Below, in pieces: positions 1-9,306 of a stretch of DNA of 64,000 nucleotides; the first letter of the stretch is position 1; the number at the start of each line of letters is the position of its first letter. The notes beneath the pieces are model-generated. The model ran no database searches, was not told the DNA's origin, and worked only from the letters and a program-made list of their open reading frames with translations. Source of the DNA: Nitrosopumilaceae archaeon (GTDB taxonomy: Archaea; Thermoproteota; Nitrososphaeria; Nitrososphaerales; Nitrosopumilaceae); assembly GCA_965207375.1 (NCBI GenBank), contig OZ242274.1, forward strand, positions 1,092,905 to 1,156,904, given 5' to 3'. The position numbers and the translations under genes were made by a program.

Positions 1-1018
1 TGATGGGGGTTAGGTCACCGCCAATATCATTGTCAGTTATATCAATTGTTATGCTAGAAGACCCAACTATTGTATAAGATGAGTGTGGGCGTATCGTAAA
101 CGTAACACTGCCGTCATTTTCGTTTGCATTATCATTGTTGGTAAATATACCGTAGGCTCTTGTATCTGGAGTTGTTATGTAATTACCTGGTGGTGTCAAA
201 GAGTCAATGAAATCTCCAGTCTGTGAAATGGTGATATGTACTGCTATGTCCTGACTTGCATCCCACAATGCATTTACTGTTGTGCCTTCAACCACTGATG
301 GATCCTGCGTATTCCACCTCAAATTACTTATTGTAGGTCCTGTAGGCTGTACAGTGGTAGTAGCACCAAACGAAGCCTCCCAATAATGTTGGCTGCTTTG
401 TATTATATCTGATGGAGTGTGTGAATGTATCCAGTCATAGAGGTATGGGTTATCTACAGTGCGTTCTACTATTGGTGAAACCTGGACAAGTAGTGATTCA
501 CCATTTACAACATTTCCTGCGTATGTAGTCCATGAGGCAGTACCTGTATTTGACCCTTCATTGATGGTTATCTTTTTGAAGAGCCAAGGATTGTTGCCTC
601 TAAATGTTTCAGTGTCGCTGCCAGTGCCACCTACTGTGGCCATATTGAAATTATCACATCTATTTGCTGTACCGTGTGGCTTGGAACTGTGAGATAATTG
701 ACAGTCATCAATTTGTACCCAAAATTCTATTTTCTCTCCTGTTTTGAGGCTCTCATCTAGAGTTACAGTTACTGTGAAGGGTTGGCCATGAGCTGTATTA
801 CTGGTTGTGACTTGGGCCTTGTTTATCTTGCCATCATCTCTATAAAATTGAGGGGACATTGTAACGGATGAATCCTCTTGGTGACAGAATTGGTTAGTCA
901 GTGATTTGGATCTAATGTCCCAACATAACTCATGTTCGGAGAATGCCTCTGGTGTTTGAACACCAAACAATAATGATACTGAAACTGCCATAATAACTGC
1001 AAAGTATAATGTTTTCAC
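1..1018 (-). CDS. Secreted/cell-surface protein, N-terminal portion (3' end runs off the window); paralog of 15739..17874
   Basis: Minus-strand frame is open from GTG at 1016-1018 to the window edge. The N-terminus MKTLYFAVIMAVSVSLLFGVQTPEAFSE is nearly identical to the signal peptide of the 711-aa ORF at 15739..17874. Later blocks (VSPIVERTVDNPYL, NDGSVTFT) are shared and lie in the same frame. It is absent from the ORF track because it is open-ended. Confidence 0.75.
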   Translation of the reverse strand, partial: MKTLYFAVIMAVSVSLLFGVQTPEAFSEHELCWDIRSKSLTNQFCHQEDSSVTMSPQFYRDDGKINKAQVTTSNTAHGQPFTVTVTLDESLKTGEKIEFWVQIDDCQLSHSSKPHGTANRCDNFNMATVGGTGSDTETFRGNNPWLFKKITINEGSNTGTASWTTYAGNVVNGESLLVQVSPIVERTVDNPYLYDWIHSHTPSDIIQSSQHYWEASFGATTTVQPTGPTISNLRWNTQDPSVVEGTTVNALWDASQDIAVHITISQTGDFIDSLTPPGNYITTPDTRAYGIFTNNDNANENDGSVTFTIRPHSSYTIVGSSSITIDITDNDIGGDLTPI

Positions 1019-1027
1019 AAAATTAAC

Positions 1028-1037
1028 GGGGGGGGGG
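1028..1037. repeat. G10 homopolymer (C10 on the coding strand) between a TATA-like element and the GTG start of the surface-protein paralog
   Basis: Counted directly. The flanks are identical to those of the G9 tract at 17884-17892. Confidence 0.9.
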
Positions 1038-1134
1038 TTCTAAAAATGTTGCGATTTGAACCAAGAGGTAAAATGAATCCATAATTGCCATCTGAGACAT
1101 GATTCATAATTAGATCTGGGCACGGATTTTTGCT

Positions 1135-1242
1135 CTTGTTAGGCGTGATTTTCTAATTACGACTCACCTCTTAGAGGAAACAGGAATATCCGTATGGACC
1201 CTAAACTTGTTAGGCGTGATTTTCTAATTACGACTCACCTCT
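1135..1242. repeat. Two identical 37-nt direct repeats separated by a unique 34-nt spacer (CRISPR-like geometry, only 2 repeats)
   Basis: cttgttaggcgtgattttctaattacgactcacctct occurs at 1135-1171 and 1206-1242. The spacer at 1172-1205 and the sequence after the second repeat are unrelated to each other. Confidence 0.85.
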
Positions 1243-1500
1243 CTGGATTATTTTGACTGCATTTTACCTATACGTACAAACATCAAAAAATGTCTGTATC
1301 TGTTACCTTTGCTTTGAATTTATGGTAATTTTAGGCATCAAATTACCTTTTTAAAAATAGAACAAAAATCTAGGATGATGTTAACTGTTACAAATGTTTC
1401 ATGTATCTAGATGAACAGTTATGCCTGTATGATTTTAGATGATCTGAGAAAACCACAGATCAGGCACAACATACAAAAACCAGATAATCGTTTCACATAT

Positions 1501-3096
1501 GTGCAGACAAAATTTATTTTTGTGACAGGCGGTGTTATGTCTGGCCTTGGAAAGGGTGTAACTACTTCCTCTATTGCCAAACTATTGCAACTGACCAATC
1601 AAAAAGTATCTTGTATCAAGATAGATCCATACCTAAACTATGATGCAGGTACGATGAATCCTGTAGCTCATGGGGAGGTCTTTGTCACAGAGGATGGAGG
1701 AGAATGTGATATGGATATTGGAAACTATGAGCGATTTCTAAATCAAAATATTCCAAAATCCCACAATATAACAACTGCCCAGGTTTATTCTAGTGTTATT
1801 GAGGCAGAAAGAAAGGGACAATATCTAGGTGCATGTGTTCAAATCATTCCCCATGTAACTGATGAAATTAAAAAAAGAATAAAGTTGGTTGCAGAATCTG
1901 AAGAATTGGATATTCTAGTTGTAGAATGCGGCGGAACCGTAGGCGACATTGAAAGTCTACCATTTTTGGAGGCGTTAAGACAGATGAGAGTAGAGGCTGG
2001 ATCAGAAAATGTATTGTTTGTACATGTTACACTAGCCCCATCACTAGAGGTGGTAGGGGAGCAAAAAACCAAACCCACACAGCACAGCGTTCAAGAATTG
2101 CGCAGAATCGGTATTCAACCAGACCTGCTTGCAGTAAGATGTACACAACCGTTGGAGGAAAAGACAAAACAAAAGATTGCATTATTTACCAATGTGGGAA
2201 CCAAAGACGTGTTTTCATGTCATGATGTAAAATCAATATTTATGGTTCCACAGATTCTATATGAGCAGGGAATCATTGATACTATATTCAAAAAATTTGA
2301 CAAAGTAGGATTGGTAAACACTGCAAAAAGCTGGGACAAATGGAGTGTCATAGTTCATAACATGACAAATCATGCAGGCAAGGTAAACATAGCAATGGTT
2401 GGAAAATATGTAACACTAGCAGACAGCTATGTAAGTGTAAATCATGCACTCAAACATGCGGGAGCAAAAATTGGAAAATCGATTTTGATAGACTGGATTG
2501 ATTCTGAAGAGTTGGGAAATACCAGCAAACTGCAAAACTATGATGGAATTTTGGTGCCTGGAGGGTTTGGTACTAGGGGCGCTGAGGGAATCATTCAGGC
2601 AGCAAATCTTGCAAGAGAGAAAAATATTGCATATCTTGGAATTTGTTTTGGATTTCAGCTGGCAGCAGTTGCGTTTGGCCGCAATGTTTGCAATTACAAA
2701 GAAGCAAACTCTACTGAAATCAATCCCGACACCGAAAATCCAATTATTGATCTGCTGCCAGAGCAAAAAAAGATCTCTGATATAGGGGGCTCACTGAGAC
2801 TAGGAGCAAACGACATTCATATACAGGATAACACACTTGCAAGACGCATCTACAATTCAGATATTATTTCAAAAAGGCACCGTCACAGATATGAAATAAA
2901 CAAAGACTATATCCGTGAATTTGCAGACAAGGGATTAATTTTTACCGGACAAAGTGATAATGGTAAAAGAATGGAGATCTTGGAAATTCCAGATCATAAA
3001 TTTTTCCTAGGTGTGCAGTATCACCCAGAATTTAGCAGCAGGCCCGGTTTTCCTGAGGAATCTTTTGAGGCCTTTGTGAGTGCTGCAGCAGGCTAG
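1501..3096 (+). CDS. pyrG: CTP synthase
   Basis: The ORF is 1411..3096. The conserved N-terminus [16 protein letters not shown] follows the GTG at 1501, so that is the probable true start. The C-terminal glutamine amidotransferase domain has the GICFGFQ and HRHRYE motifs. Confidence 0.95.
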   Translation: MQTKFIFVTGGVMSGLGKGVTTSSIAKLLQLTNQKVSCIKIDPYLNYDAGTMNPVAHGEVFVTEDGGECDMDIGNYERFLNQNIPKSHNITTAQVYSSVIEAERKGQYLGACVQIIPHVTDEIKKRIKLVAESEELDILVVECGGTVGDIESLPFLEALRQMRVEAGSENVLFVHVTLAPSLEVVGEQKTKPTQHSVQELRRIGIQPDLLAVRCTQPLEEKTKQKIALFTNVGTKDVFSCHDVKSIFMVPQILYEQGIIDTIFKKFDKVGLVNTAKSWDKWSVIVHNMTNHAGKVNIAMVGKYVTLADSYVSVNHALKHAGAKIGKSILIDWIDSEELGNTSKLQNYDGILVPGGFGTRGAEGIIQAANLAREKNIAYLGICFGFQLAAVAFGRNVCNYKEANSTEINPDTENPIIDLLPEQKKISDIGGSLRLGANDIHIQDNTLARRIYNSDIISKRHRHRYEINKDYIREFADKGLIFTGQSDNGKRMEILEIPDHKFFLGVQYHPEFSSRPGFPEESFEAFVSAAAG

Positions 3097-3515
3097 CAGT
3101 ATTGCTTTAACCTCTTGATAGAATCGTCAATTTTTGGCAGATCAGACTTAAAATCAGAATTGCCCTCTAAGAGTCTAGTATAATATACGTCAGCATCATC
3201 TACTGCCTTTATGATGTCTGCCTTGTAGCAAATCATTGCCTTTTCAATAATTTCTGTATCCTTTTCTAATTCTGATAATGTGGATGTATCTGTCAGACTT
3301 GTACGTAGTCTGTTTGCAATGGGTTTGAGTTTGGGTGTATTTTTTGTGGCTTCTGATTGCAAAATAGAGCCAAACATCGCACCTGTATCTGCAATTTCTG
3401 GACTGTCTGAAATTCGGTGCAATCGCCTGTTATAGTGATTTAATGCACGCATTATAATCTCAAACCCTCCCTCGTTTTTGATAAAAATAGAACCAAGCCA
3501 TGTTTTTTCTGCCAA
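3093..3515 (-). CDS. Hypothetical protein (140 aa, helical)
   Basis: Clean ORF that converges on pyrG with a 4-nt overlap. No recognisable motif. Confidence 0.6.
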   Translation of the reverse strand: MAEKTWLGSIFIKNEGGFEIIMRALNHYNRRLHRISDSPEIADTGAMFGSILQSEATKNTPKLKPIANRLRTSLTDTSTLSELEKDTEIIEKAMICYKADIIKAVDDADVYYTRLLEGNSDFKSDLPKIDDSIKRLKQYC

Positions 3516-3542
3516 TATGACAATGGTATGTTGCTGTAGTAT

Positions 3543-4544
3543 TTATTCCAACTTGCAAATCTCATAAATTTTTTGCCGTGCATCGCGAATTGAGATCTTC
3601 TTTTTTACATACCCTTTTTCTAAAAGATGACTCAGTGCCAATCTGACGGTTCTCTCAGGTAACAACGTTTTATTTGCAAGCTCCTTTTGAGTCATCTCGC
3701 CTTCGTACTCTAGCGTCTTTAAGAGCAATTTTGAGCTAGGTGGCATGCTTAATAGCTCCTTTGCAAGATTTACCTTTTTTGCAAGTGCAGAAATTGCAGT
3801 AGAATCTTGTTTTAATCTGATTATTTTGGCAGCAGGAGAGAATCTAGAACACTCTACTAGTTTTTTTACGTTATACCTGATAATGCCGTCTAAAACAACC
3901 TCACAGTGCATTCTTGCAGAAATATCATCAATCTCGATGGTACTATCATTGGATACTATAAGGGGTCTGCGTGTAACATCAAGCGAATTGACAGAAATAA
4001 TTCCAAATACTGGAGATTCTTGAAAAATCACGGGTCCTCCTGCAGACATTGAATATGCCGATGAGCCTATGGGGGTGGAAATAATTATTCCGTCACTGTT
4101 GTCATGCCAGACCTCCTGTCCGTTTACACGCAGGGTGTGCTCCATCAACATTGCACTTTTAGATGAAAAAACTGCAACATCATTTAAAATGGTGTAGGTA
4201 TTTTTCCCGTCTATTTTCACACCAAGCCTTGGAACCTCCTCGACTTCGTATTTCTTCCTCTTTAGTTTAGATACATATGATACAAACTCTTTGTAATCAA
4301 TTTGTGCCAAAAATCCACTAGCTTCGCCCTCGCTGATTCCAATTACTGGAGTTGTGGCATCACGTGTGTGGTGAAAGTAATTTCGTACTCCCTTATCTCC
4401 CCCTAAAACCAAAATACAATCTGCTGATTTTGCCTTGGATTTTGGGCCTATGGTAAAATTACCAATGTCTGCATCATCTAAAATTTTCTTAATTTTTTTA
4501 ATCGATGATTCAGATACGTCTGTACTGTATATTCCAATCTGCAC
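3543..4544 (-). CDS. nadK: NAD(+) kinase fused to a C-terminal winged-helix DNA-binding-like domain
   Basis: GGDG-type motif (VLGGDKG), NDVAV, and STPIGSSAYSMSAGGP. The last ~65 aa (KTLEYEGEMTQKELANKTLLPERTVRLALSHLLEKGYV) look like a MarR/TrmB-type wHTH. Confidence 0.9.
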   Translation of the reverse strand: MQIGIYSTDVSESSIKKIKKILDDADIGNFTIGPKSKAKSADCILVLGGDKGVRNYFHHTRDATTPVIGISEGEASGFLAQIDYKEFVSYVSKLKRKKYEVEEVPRLGVKIDGKNTYTILNDVAVFSSKSAMLMEHTLRVNGQEVWHDNSDGIIISTPIGSSAYSMSAGGPVIFQESPVFGIISVNSLDVTRRPLIVSNDSTIEIDDISARMHCEVVLDGIIRYNVKKLVECSRFSPAAKIIRLKQDSTAISALAKKVNLAKELLSMPPSSKLLLKTLEYEGEMTQKELANKTLLPERTVRLALSHLLEKGYVKKKISIRDARQKIYEICKLE

Positions 4545-4581
4545 ATGGAAATATCAAAATTGTATAATAAAAGCCTACAAA

Positions 4582-5454
4582 CTAGACCTGCTTGAAATCA
4601 AGCATGTTATAAAAATACGATGCATTAGTAGAAACTGCACCCTTTTCTGGAATTTTTTGCAATCCTATCTGTTTAGTTTCTAATGCAGCCTGTACAGAAC
4701 CACCTGCAAAGCACAATGCCCACAATGAATCTCTTTCTTTTAGTATAGTACAGGTAAATATGGCACCAAATATGTCTCCGATTCCTGTCGTATCATAAAC
4801 CTCTTTGTTTGGAATCTTCAAAGAGTACATCCTGTTACCGTCTAGCATCGATATTTGGGTTTTGTTGGTACAAAGCACGTATTTTACACCTAGTTTTTGT
4901 AATTTTTTCATACCCTCAATATCTGATCTGCCTACAAGTTTTTCCATCTCTTCGACATTTGCCTTGATTGCAGTTACGCCCAAAAGATCAATATCTGTTT
5001 TTTCTAAAAATATTCTTGACTCTGCATCTACCCTTCTCAAAAATCCTTGGGGATCCAAAAACACAAACTTTGAATTGCCTTTGATTTTATCAAAGGTCTC
5101 AGAAGATATCTCATCCATAACCGGATTAACAATTACTCCATCTGATTTTGATTCCGTATATGAAATGGGTTCGCACCTGTTTGCAATGTACAGCTGGCGC
5201 TCTGTCCCGTCTATGTTGATTTTAAATTGTGTGGTGGGAATACTTGCTAGTGAATCATCATGCTGAATTTTGTGTGCATCTAAATAGTCAGCACTTGAAA
5301 AATCATCTCCGAATTTTGTATGTAAATTTACATCAAACTTGAATTTTCTAGCCGCATGACTACAATAGCATGCAGAGCCTCCTACCTGTTGATATTTGGA
5401 ATCGCCAATGTGTATGTCATCAATTGTACAGTGCGCATAAATGTCCAGCTTCAT
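4582..5454 (-). CDS. PfkB-family carbohydrate/nucleoside kinase
   Basis: C-terminal PfkB signature DTTGIGDIFGAIF. The length (290 aa) is typical of the ribokinase superfamily. Confidence 0.8.
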   Translation of the reverse strand: MKLDIYAHCTIDDIHIGDSKYQQVGGSACYCSHAARKFKFDVNLHTKFGDDFSSADYLDAHKIQHDDSLASIPTTQFKINIDGTERQLYIANRCEPISYTESKSDGVIVNPVMDEISSETFDKIKGNSKFVFLDPQGFLRRVDAESRIFLEKTDIDLLGVTAIKANVEEMEKLVGRSDIEGMKKLQKLGVKYVLCTNKTQISMLDGNRMYSLKIPNKEVYDTTGIGDIFGAIFTCTILKERDSLWALCFAGGSVQAALETKQIGLQKIPEKGAVSTNASYFYNMLDFKQV

Positions 5455-5692
5455 TTGCTACAAATGATCCATCTCAAGATTTAGGGGTTTGCTTTTTCTT
5501 ACAGCTTGCACACAATATTTGCCCCTTTCCTGTAATCAACTCGACATTGGAACTAAGACACATGTGACACAGTCCTTTCATGCTGTTATTTTATACGATG
5601 ATCTTCCATTAAAGAATAGAGGACAAAACGTCTAGTTTGGACTATAAGATATAAACTGCAAGATTATAAGTAGGAAAAAACCATGCCTACCT

Positions 5693-5980
5693 ATGCCATT
5701 AAAACGTGCTAGTAGGGGGCGCACAAAGGGAGGAAAAGGTTCAACAGGCGTTGTACAATGCTCCAACTGCGGTCAGACCGTTCCCAAGGACAAGGCAAAA
5801 AAGGTCACATCTAGATTAAACTTGGTAGAGCACACACTAGCAAAGGAGCTTCGCGCACAGGGCGCATATATTGCATCTCCCAAGGTACTTAACTGGTATT
5901 GTATTTCATGTGCTATTCATTTTAAGATTCTAAAAATTAGATCCGCAGATAATAGACGAAAGCGTGGCAGGCTGCGATAA
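5693..5980 (+). CDS. rps26e: 30S ribosomal protein S26e
   Basis: MPLKRASRGRTKGGKGSTGVVQCSNCGQTVPKDKA matches the S26e N-terminus and zinc-ribbon pattern. Confidence 0.9.
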   Translation: MPLKRASRGRTKGGKGSTGVVQCSNCGQTVPKDKAKKVTSRLNLVEHTLAKELRAQGAYIASPKVLNWYCISCAIHFKILKIRSADNRRKRGRLR

Positions 5981-5981
5981 T

Positions 5982-6554
5982 TCAGTCTAACTTTTTGATA
6001 ATAGTAACAATTCTTTGAATCAGGGTAATGCCTGCAATTATTATTACAATTATGACTGCAATTTCCATCATTGCAGGAATCATTCCAATTATTGCAATTA
6101 CTAACAACCTTTCTGCCCTTTCGCCAATTCCAATTCCTTGTAATTTTATATTCAGAGCATCTGCCTTTGAGCGAGCATAACTTACCAACAAAGACAGTGT
6201 GATTGCAAGTACAACTAGATGTGGTTCTGCATGACCTCCAACAAGAATTCCCAAAAAGATTGCAACCTCTGCAATCTTGTCAAACATTGAATCCAAAAAT
6301 GAGCCCTTGGCCGATGTTTTTTTGGTGACCCTTGCAACCTGTCCATCAACAATATCAAAAAATCCTGAAATCAAAAGCAAAACCCCTCCTAAAATTAATG
6401 CATACTCAAAACCTATGCCGTAAACAATTGCAGAAATAAATGCAAATGCCAACCCGATTGTTGTCCAAAAATTTGGAGACATTCCTGTACCTGCAAAGAT
6501 ACGTCCTATGCCTTCTAGTGTTGGTTTGAGACGTTCTCTTAGGTTGTTTAGCAT
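5982..6554 (-). CDS. CDP-alcohol phosphatidyltransferase family protein (archaeal polar-lipid head-group synthase)
   Basis: D-G-x2-A-R-x8-G-x3-D-x3-D motif (DIVDGQVARVTKKTSAKGSFLDSMFDKIAE). Polytopic hydrophobic protein. Confidence 0.85.
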   Translation of the reverse strand: MLNNLRERLKPTLEGIGRIFAGTGMSPNFWTTIGLAFAFISAIVYGIGFEYALILGGVLLLISGFFDIVDGQVARVTKKTSAKGSFLDSMFDKIAEVAIFLGILVGGHAEPHLVVLAITLSLLVSYARSKADALNIKLQGIGIGERAERLLVIAIIGMIPAMMEIAVIIVIIIAGITLIQRIVTIIKKLD

Positions 6555-6819
6555 GGGATTTTACAAGTTTTGATGTATATATAAAATAGATCCGGCATTT
6601 GTTCTGTTGGATTGTGTATATTGATTTGCCAAATGATGATGCAAGCCTCTTTACAATGAGACTTTCATTCGTACCCATACATAGGACAAGAGAATAGCTT
6701 TGCTGTGACAATACACTCCATTATAGAAACATCAGAAATTAGATTCAAAAATGCAATTCTTGATAAATGAATCTCACAGACGATTGATTTAATACCTTTT
6801 TAATCCATAATATTACAAT

Positions 6820-7128
6820 TTGGGAATATATGCACAATATCTTGAACAGTTAACCACCTTTGATGAGATCACCGAAGAAAGAAAGAAAATACTCTCAAAG
6901 ATTTCTGAGATCAGGGGTAGAGATGTTCTCACATTTGCATCTGACATATCCAAAGGAAAGTCTCCAATAACAATCGAATACTCCGATCTTCTTCCGGTCC
7001 AAGATCAACTAGAAAACTTGTCCGGAAATGCAATCGATATAATACTTGAAACACCGGGAGGTATAGCGATGCGCAAAAGTTCCTACCCAGCGATTCTACA
7101 CAGGACTACGCCAGCACATACAAAATAA
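6820..7128 (+). pseudogene. 5' fragment of a ClpP-fold serine protease (SDH/SppA-like), truncated by IS insertion
   Basis: The sequence reads ...AIDIILETPGG, then crosses the IS630 left end at 7064. The last ~21 codons are IS sequence. Only ~80 native residues remain. Confidence 0.6.
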
Positions 7129-8500
7129 TGAGAAATCACGCCTGATTTTTTCCAAACTGTACAAAAAAAATACACAAGGTAAGAAAATATCTGCAAGAAC
7201 AGTAAAAGATCAGATCGATTTAATCCAAACATGAAAGAGGCCAAGCTCTTATCTGATATACGCAGAACCGAAAAGGAAGGACGTCGTGCCCGAAGATTAA
7301 GTATGTTAATCGTACTTGCAAATATGGATTACATAGTCACAGCAGCTGCTGTCACATATAGATGCAACAGAAAAACAGTATCACTGTGGCGTGACAGAAG
7401 AATTCAATACGGAAACAACATAAGTAAAATACTCGAGGCACTTTCAGACAGACCTAGGTCAGGCAGACCTACAAAGATAAGCAAAAAACATCTAGACAAA
7501 GCCAAATCATGGTGTGACATACGCACATTTACGCCAATAGAGATGCAAAATTATCTTGAAAAAATTTCAGGAGTCAAGTTGAGTCTATCACAGACAAGAC
7601 GATACATCAAAAAGTGGGGACACTCTTGCAAAAAAACATCTCCCCTGCACATCAAAAGAGCATCACCTGAATCTGTAGCAAAATGGTATACAAGCAGCAT
7701 GGGCAAAGTGAGATACTATGCAAAGCAAGGATATGCAATAGCTACCATGGATGAGTCCCACTTTAAGGACGCAGTGCTTTCTACAAAATACTGGGCAAAG
7801 AGAGGCCTTTGCATATTCATGCCATGGTCAGGCGGACACCACAGATTCTCAATGCTGTGTACTATAACTGATAATGGCAAGCACTTTTTCAATCATACAG
7901 ACAAAGTAAACACTGACAGCTTTTTAGAGCACATTGAAAAAGTATACCAAAAGGTGGGCAAGATGGTATTGTTTTTGGATGAGGCACCCTGGCATGCATC
8001 TATTGGTGCACAAGAATTTTTCGAAAAACGAGACATTGTATTGATATGGTATCCTGTGGGTCATCCGTATCTTAATCCCGTAGAGGAGATCTGGAGTGTA
8101 CTCAAGCGTACAATTGATTACTCTATACGATACTCAGACATCAAGACACATTTGACAGCAGTATACGGATTTATCAAAAAATATGAGTTTGATTATGATT
8201 TAAAAAAACATTGGAAGAGAAAACCTCCTGCTGGTATAATGCGACCCTTTGTGCGCTCTGACACAAAACACAATGATAGGATCCAGGCATTACAGGTAAG
8301 CAGTAAGCCAAGAAATCGTAACTGAACTATACATGTATTGATGGTTTGTACAATTGTTGTATGTATTTACAAAATGATACCGTGTGGAATCATCATGCTG
8401 TCTTTGCTTAATCTTGGTGTATTGTGTAAGTTGTGTAAGATTTTATTCCTGCGTCTAGTTTGCTGATTTTGTGCTGGGTACGAACTTTTGCGCATCGCTA
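7064..8500 (+). mobile_element. IS630/Tc1-mariner family insertion sequence (1437 bp) with 28-bp TIRs and a TA target duplication
   Basis: The left end tagcgatgcgcaaaagttcCtacccagc (7064-7091) matches the reverse complement of 8473-8500 with 1 mismatch in 28. A TA dinucleotide sits immediately outside both ends (7062-7063 and 8501-8502). A single transposase ORF lies inside. Confidence 0.9.
7231..8325 (+). CDS. IS630-family DDE transposase
   Basis: N-terminal HTH region, then MDESHF ... LFLDEAPWH ... NPVEEIWSVLK, which is the D, D, E spacing pattern typical of IS630/Tc1. Confidence 0.85.
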   Translation: MKEAKLLSDIRRTEKEGRRARRLSMLIVLANMDYIVTAAAVTYRCNRKTVSLWRDRRIQYGNNISKILEALSDRPRSGRPTKISKKHLDKAKSWCDIRTFTPIEMQNYLEKISGVKLSLSQTRRYIKKWGHSCKKTSPLHIKRASPESVAKWYTSSMGKVRYYAKQGYAIATMDESHFKDAVLSTKYWAKRGLCIFMPWSGGHHRFSMLCTITDNGKHFFNHTDKVNTDSFLEHIEKVYQKVGKMVLFLDEAPWHASIGAQEFFEKRDIVLIWYPVGHPYLNPVEEIWSVLKRTIDYSIRYSDIKTHLTAVYGFIKKYEFDYDLKKHWKRKPPAGIMRPFVRSDTKHNDRIQALQVSSKPRNRN

Positions 8501-9306
8501 TATGTCTTTTTTATGGTTTCTTTTTTCAGGCTTTTTGTAAATGATGCAACCTCTGTCTCTATTTTTGCCTGTGGTGTTTTTTCAATTAATTTTAAAAGTG
8601 CACTACCAACTATTACTGCGTCAGCTCCTGCTCGAACATATTTTTTTACATCTAGAGGAGTTGAGACTCCAAATCCGACTCCTACCGGAATCTTTCCACC
8701 TGTCTGCCTTTTGACATTCTTTATTGCCTGTATGGTATAATTTTTGATTCCTGTATTTGTCCCTGTTGTGCCATACACTGCCACAAGATACAAAAATCCT
8801 GATGTCACCTTTGCAATTTTTCGTATTCTAGCGCTATCTGTATTTGGCGAAATTAGAAAAATCGTATCTGCATTGTCTTTTGCAGCCTTGAGATATTGGG
8901 CCGACTCTTCAATTGACATGTCTGGCAAAATGAATCCGTCAATTCCTGCCTTTTTTGCCATGCTGATAAATTTACTATATCCCTTGTGATACAGTATGTT
9001 TGTATATGTCATTAAAACTAGGGGGATATCTGTCTGCTTTCTGATTTTTTTAACAATTTCAAAAAACCTCCCAGTCGTAACTCCTCTTTTTAGTGATATA
9101 GTACCTGCATTTTGAATAACCGGCCCGTCTGCCAAGGGATCTGAGAAAGGAAATCCCAACTCAATAATATCTGCTCCTCCTCTGATAAGACCATTGACTG
9201 CTGACATTGTGACCCTCTCATTTGGAAATCCTACCATGGTATAGCAAATCAGAGCTCTTTGGTGCCTTGATTCTAATTCCTTGAATTTTTCTTCAATTTT
9301 TGACAT
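8455..9306 (-). CDS. trpA: Tryptophan synthase alpha chain (C-terminal ~15 codons and the stop are supplied by the IS630 TIR)
   Basis: [17 protein letters not shown] motif. Last gene of the trp operon. The frame crosses the IS right end at 8500 and stops at 8455. Confidence 0.9.
   Translation of the reverse strand: MSKIEEKFKELESRHQRALICYTMVGFPNERVTMSAVNGLIRGGADIIELGFPFSDPLADGPVIQNAGTISLKRGVTTGRFFEIVKKIRKQTDIPLVLMTYTNILYHKGYSKFISMAKKAGIDGFILPDMSIEESAQYLKAAKDNADTIFLISPNTDSARIRKIAKVTSGFLYLVAVYGTTGTNTGIKNYTIQAIKNVKRQTGGKIPVGVGFGVSTPLDVKKYVRAGADAVIVGSALLKLIEKTPQAKIETEVASFTKSLKKETIKKTYSDAQKFVPSTKSAN

Noticed and set aside
6633-6720. RUGAUGA-like C boxes that could mark C/D-box sRNAs (also at ~39105 and ~50196)
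   Set aside because: There is no CUGA D box at the appropriate 50-70 nt distance and no terminal stem. ATGATGA is frequent in AT-rich DNA.
7131-7143. A short match (aatcacgcct) between the reverse complement of the 37-nt CRISPR-like repeat and the interior of the IS630 element
   Set aside because: Only ~10 contiguous identical bases. That is expected by chance when a 37-mer is compared with 128 kb of AT-rich sequence. There is no extended similarity.
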